Of a DNA stretch of 58,092 bases, positions 55,017 through 58,092 are shown in pieces. The notes under the pieces are model-generated. The model saw nothing but the letters and a program-made list of their open reading frames with translations. It did not search any database and was not told where the DNA came from. The DNA is from an uncultured Candidatus Actinomarina sp. (GTDB lineage: Bacteria; Actinomycetota; Acidimicrobiia; Actinomarinales; Actinomarinaceae): contig CABXDL010000005.1 in assembly GCA_902510995.1 (NCBI GenBank), positions 1 through 58,092 of the forward strand, given 5' to 3'. How positions within the stretch are numbered: position 1 is the first letter of the stretch; each line of letters begins with the position of its first letter. The position numbers were made by a program, and so were the translations under genes.

Positions 55017-55853
55017 CTAAATCTCTATAGAAAGCAAATCTTTCCCAATTACAATTTCACCTTTATAAACTTCTTCCACATCAGCTTTTAATTTTTTTTC
55101 ATCAAATACAGGGGGTACAAAATGTGTGAGAATTAATTTCTCTACTAATGCTTCTTTTGCTACCTCTCCAACTTCTTTTGGAAAAGTATGGTAATCAGCT
55201 ATATTCTCTAGTGTTTTTTTTGTCATTCTCTTTCCATCAAAATCTAAACCAATAAATACTTCATGTACTAAAGCATCTGCTTTAAAAGATTGCTCTATTA
55301 AGTTATTACATTTGCGTGTGTCACCTGAAATAACAATCTTCTTATTCCTGCCTCCTTCGTTGAACTCTATTTTATAACCATATGCTGGTTCTACTGGTTT
55401 ATGGTCTACTTCAAATGGGGATACTTGAGCAAAATTATCTTCATATACATAATCCCTGTCTACTTCATAAATTTCATATAATAAACCATTTTCATTTGGC
55501 CTAGCTTCCCATTTTTTTCTACCTTCAAGCTCCCTCTTGAAAGATTTAAGCTGAGATTCAAAAAATTCTCTTATGCCTGAAGGACCAACAATTTTAAAAG
55601 GTTCTTCTCTGCCTTGATGCCAACCCGAAATATAAAGCTGATAAATATCAACAATATGATCAGAATGTATATGAGTTATAAATAAAAGATCTATTTCTGA
55701 AGACTTGATACCAGATTCATTAAGTCTTTGTGTCACTCCTGATCCTGCATCAAATAAATAGTTGCTGTTTTGAACTTTAACAAGTGTGCTTGGCCCAAAT
55801 CTTATATGGCTTGGACTTGGACAACCGGTCCCTAAAAGTTTTATAGTGCTCAT
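55017..55853 (-). CDS. MBL-fold metallo-hydrolase (RNase Z/BN-like)
   Basis: HIHSDH metal motif, an N-terminal LGTG..PS segment, 278 aa. Its stop abuts the MFS stop with a 0-nt gap. Confidence 0.8.
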   Translation of the reverse strand: MSTIKLLGTGCPSPSHIRFGPSTLVKVQNSNYLFDAGSGVTQRLNESGIKSSEIDLLFITHIHSDHIVDIYQLYISGWHQGREEPFKIVGPSGIREFFESQLKSFKRELEGRKKWEARPNENGLLYEIYEVDRDYVYEDNFAQVSPFEVDHKPVEPAYGYKIEFNEGGRNKKIVISGDTRKCNNLIEQSFKADALVHEVFIGLDFDGKRMTKKTLENIADYHTFPKEVGEVAKEALVEKLILTHFVPPVFDEKKLKADVEEVYKGEIVIGKDLLSIEI

Positions 55854-56716
55854 AATTTACTTGAAACTATAGCAAAATTATTCAATACTATGTTTGGTCT
55901 CATCCCTTTGTCTAAATCATCCATAGATTCTTGTAACAACTCACAGTATCTAAATTCTTTTTTGCCAAATTCTTGAGAAAGCAACAAGTTTCTTGTTAGG
56001 TATTCAAATGAAGAAATAATAAATCTAGTGCTATTCACTTGAGAAGAGTCTTCTTTATCTTTTCTATATTCATCAATTATTTTTACAAATTGTTGAAACT
56101 TAAAAACTTTCTCAGTTGAATTATTTCCAACATCTTTTAAAGACTCTAAAGTTGTAACAAATTCTTTAGGGATAGTTTTAAAATCTTCATCTTCTCTTTT
56201 GTTTGATTCCATAAAGTTTATAAAGTCTTCTTCTGCAAAATTAAATTCAGTTTCAATATCTGAATCTATAAATATTGTTCTACATCGACTTTTTATTGTA
56301 GAAAGAACTCCCAATATAGAGTCATCTCTTGCATGAGACCAAAATTTTCCACTTGAAGTAAGGATGAAAATACTTGACTCTGAAGGTTCTTCCAATGTTT
56401 TCAATAATGCATTTGATGCTTCTTCTGTAAGAGATTTTACTGGTGGAAATATAACAATTTTGTATTTCCCTTCAACTGGTACCAAACCATCGTTTTCAAT
56501 GATATTTCGAATATCATCAACACCTAGAGTGTTTAAGTTTTCAGATGCGACAACCTTTATATCTGGATGTTCTATCTCTTCTTCTGAGTCAAATAAAACT
56601 TTTGAACCAAATATCTTTGCTTGTCTTAATAAGTGGCTAGATGTGTTTCCTAAAAATAAATACGCATGAAAAGGAGACTCTAATTCCTGTGCTAATTTTT
56701 TATTAAGTTTTTCCAA
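55850..56716 (-). CDS. holB: DNA polymerase III subunit delta' (clamp-loader, degenerate P-loop)
   Basis: AAA+-like N-terminus (HAYLFLG...), ALLKTLEEP motif, SRC motif (IKSRCRTI). Directly downstream of tmk, as in other Actinobacteria. Confidence 0.8.
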   Translation of the reverse strand: MEKLNKKLAQELESPFHAYLFLGNTSSHLLRQAKIFGSKVLFDSEEEIEHPDIKVVASENLNTLGVDDIRNIIENDGLVPVEGKYKIVIFPPVKSLTEEASNALLKTLEEPSESSIFILTSSGKFWSHARDDSILGVLSTIKSRCRTIFIDSDIETEFNFAEEDFINFMESNKREDEDFKTIPKEFVTTLESLKDVGNNSTEKVFKFQQFVKIIDEYRKDKEDSSQVNSTRFIISSFEYLTRNLLLSQEFGKKEFRYCELLQESMDDLDKGMRPNIVLNNFAIVSSKL

Positions 56717-57311
56717 TGCTTAACCACTCACATATAAGATCTAGATTCTTTGAAAACTCTTTTTCTGCATCTACTACTAAAAACTTATCAGGATATTTAG
56801 CAACTAGATCTAAATACCCTTGCCTGGCTCTTTCAAAAAATTCAATTTCCGAACTACCGATCCTATCGTTTATCTTTTGTCTTTCAAGAGAACTTTTTGG
56901 ATCTATATCTAATAAAACTACTTTCTCAGGCCAAAAACCATTTAAAGCTATGTCATTAAGTTCATATATCTTATCTACTCCAAGCTCTCTTCCTGCTCCT
57001 TGATATGCAATAGAGGAATAGGCACTCCTATCACTAATTACAATTGATCCCGATTCAATTTCTGGTATTACAACTTCTTTAATAAGCTCTGCTCTGTTTG
57101 CACAAAATAAAAAAGCCTCACTCATGTCAGGAACTTTATATTCATGACTTAATAAAAGCTCTCTGATTCCTTCTCCTAATTCAGTACCACCAGGTTCGCG
57201 TACCACTTTATATTTTCTACTTTGATTATCTAAAATTTTACAAAGACCTTCAATGAAGCTCGTTTTCCCGGACCCATCAATGCCTTCGAAAGCTAAGTAG
57301 TTACAATTCAT
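56703..57311 (-). CDS. tmk: dTMP (thymidylate) kinase
   Basis: P-loop FEGIDGSGKTS, DR motif (ISDRSAYSSIAYQG), 202 aa. Confidence 0.92.
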   Translation of the reverse strand: MNCNYLAFEGIDGSGKTSFIEGLCKILDNQSRKYKVVREPGGTELGEGIRELLLSHEYKVPDMSEAFLFCANRAELIKEVVIPEIESGSIVISDRSAYSSIAYQGAGRELGVDKIYELNDIALNGFWPEKVVLLDIDPKSSLERQKINDRIGSSEIEFFERARQGYLDLVAKYPDKFLVVDAEKEFSKNLDLICEWLSIGKT

Positions 57312-58092
57312 TCTGCTTCGTCCTTTGTTGATCTAAAGTCTAATTTTATATTATTAAAGTTTGAATTCTCAATTCCAAAATCATTTATTATTTTCTTATA
57401 CCCTGTAAAGCTGCCTATACAACCTGAAACAAAAATTAAGACAGCACTGCCTTGCAAGACTATTTCTACTCCTGTTACTTCAAAATACTCATCAAGAAAA
57501 TTTGCAAGCAATCCTGTAGTTAAAAATGAAGCTAATAAAGCCACTCTTCCTATGGAATAAAAATTGCCAAAAACTCTTCCTCTAAGCTCAGGTTTTGTTG
57601 AGGCTTGTAAGAAACTAATTGTAAGAAGGTAAACACCTCCTGTTCCAATTCCTGAAACGAAAATTGATAATAAAATATTAATAAACTCAATAGACTTAAA
57701 AGCAGTAAAGAGCGAGAGGCCTGTCAGAATCATGCTAAGACCAATTAAAAAACTTACTCTTGAAAAAGAGCTTACAAAATAACTCAGTGTAATCATGCTA
57801 AATAGAATTCCAGAGCCAAAAGCTGCAATCATGAAACCAAAAGAGCTCTCTGTAAACCCTAGGTTCACAGTCAAAAAAGTATGACCTAAAATAAATAGTG
57901 CTCCTGCGGCGAAAAGACTTAATGAAATTGATATCGTAATATTTCTAATTAAAGTGTTTTTGAAAAAGTAATTTAAACCTTCCTTAAACTCAACATAGCT
58001 AAATCTCTCACCTTCTCCAGAAAAGTTGCTTTGATCCGTTCTAAGATAAAAAAGTATATATGAAGAAAGTAGAAATGTTACTGCATCAAAAA
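57308..58092 (-). CDS. MFS transporter, 5' end beyond the window
   Basis: I translated the frame upstream of the listed TTG (57874). It stays open to base 58092 (...AVTFLLSSYILFYLRTDQSNFSGEGERFSYVEFKEGLNYFFKN...), so the 188-aa ORF is the C-terminal half of a longer polytopic protein. Confidence 0.75.
   Translation of the reverse strand, partial: FDAVTFLLSSYILFYLRTDQSNFSGEGERFSYVEFKEGLNYFFKNTLIRNITISISLSLFAAGALFILGHTFLTVNLGFTESSFGFMIAAFGSGILFSMITLSYFVSSFSRVSFLIGLSMILTGLSLFTAFKSIEFINILLSIFVSGIGTGGVYLLTISFLQASTKPELRGRVFGNFYSIGRVALLASFLTTGLLANFLDEYFEVTGVEIVLQGSAVLIFVSGCIGSFTGYKKIINDFGIENSNFNNIKLDFRSTKDEAE

Noticed and set aside
1-58092. I looked for CRISPR-like spaced repeats, transposase/integrase/recombinase ORFs, phage genes, toxin-antitoxin pairs, rRNA genes and long direct repeats.
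   Set aside because: I could recognise none by eye. The only repeated non-coding element is the pair of SAM riboswitch leaders. A computational repeat search (self-dot-plot or k-mer) would be needed to exclude short dispersed repeats.

Overview
This 58-kb window is very AT-rich (about one-third G+C by eye) and extremely gene-dense. Many neighbouring genes have overlapping or abutting start and stop codons. Nearly all of it is core housekeeping.

Gene content and order match conserved actinobacterial synteny blocks:
- rlmB-cysS-ispF-carD ... disA
- clpC ... lysS-coaX-panC-folK-folB-folP-folE-ftsH-hpt-tilS
- tmk-holB
- nuoA-N preceded by a geranylgeranyl-reductase-like gene and rex

I therefore infer a genome-streamlined, low-GC actinobacterium, possibly of a marine type. 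That lineage call is inference only.

Left to right, the window holds:
- a caa3-type cytochrome oxidase operon, ctaCDEF (+)
- SRPBCC protein, ABC-2 permease and ABC ATPase (-)
- the complete 14-gene nuoA-N operon (-) with a perfect Rex operator in front of nuoA
- a MenJ/geranylgeranyl-reductase-like flavoprotein, then rex
- a CvpA-CAP fusion / small hypothetical / MATE operon
- a compositionally aberrant (GC- and Ala-rich) lipoprotein solute-binding protein, convergent with livHMGF
- tRNA-Thr(UGU)
- the two synteny blocks above
- metK and metY-metX, each preceded by a copy of a compact SAM-I-clan riboswitch
- an MFS transporter, an MBL hydrolase, holB, tmk, and a second MFS gene truncated by the window end

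I found no CRISPR array, transposase, integrase, phage gene, rRNA or toxin-antitoxin pair. I do not see a convincing novel multi-gene system.

The items most worth follow-up are:
- the paired SAM riboswitches, which show covarying pseudoknots
- an unannotated 44-codon membrane ORF translationally coupled to nuoN
- a catalytically dead DUSP-like protein embedded in the folate operon
- the GC-rich solute-binding-protein island
- the unusual make-up of the oxidase operon
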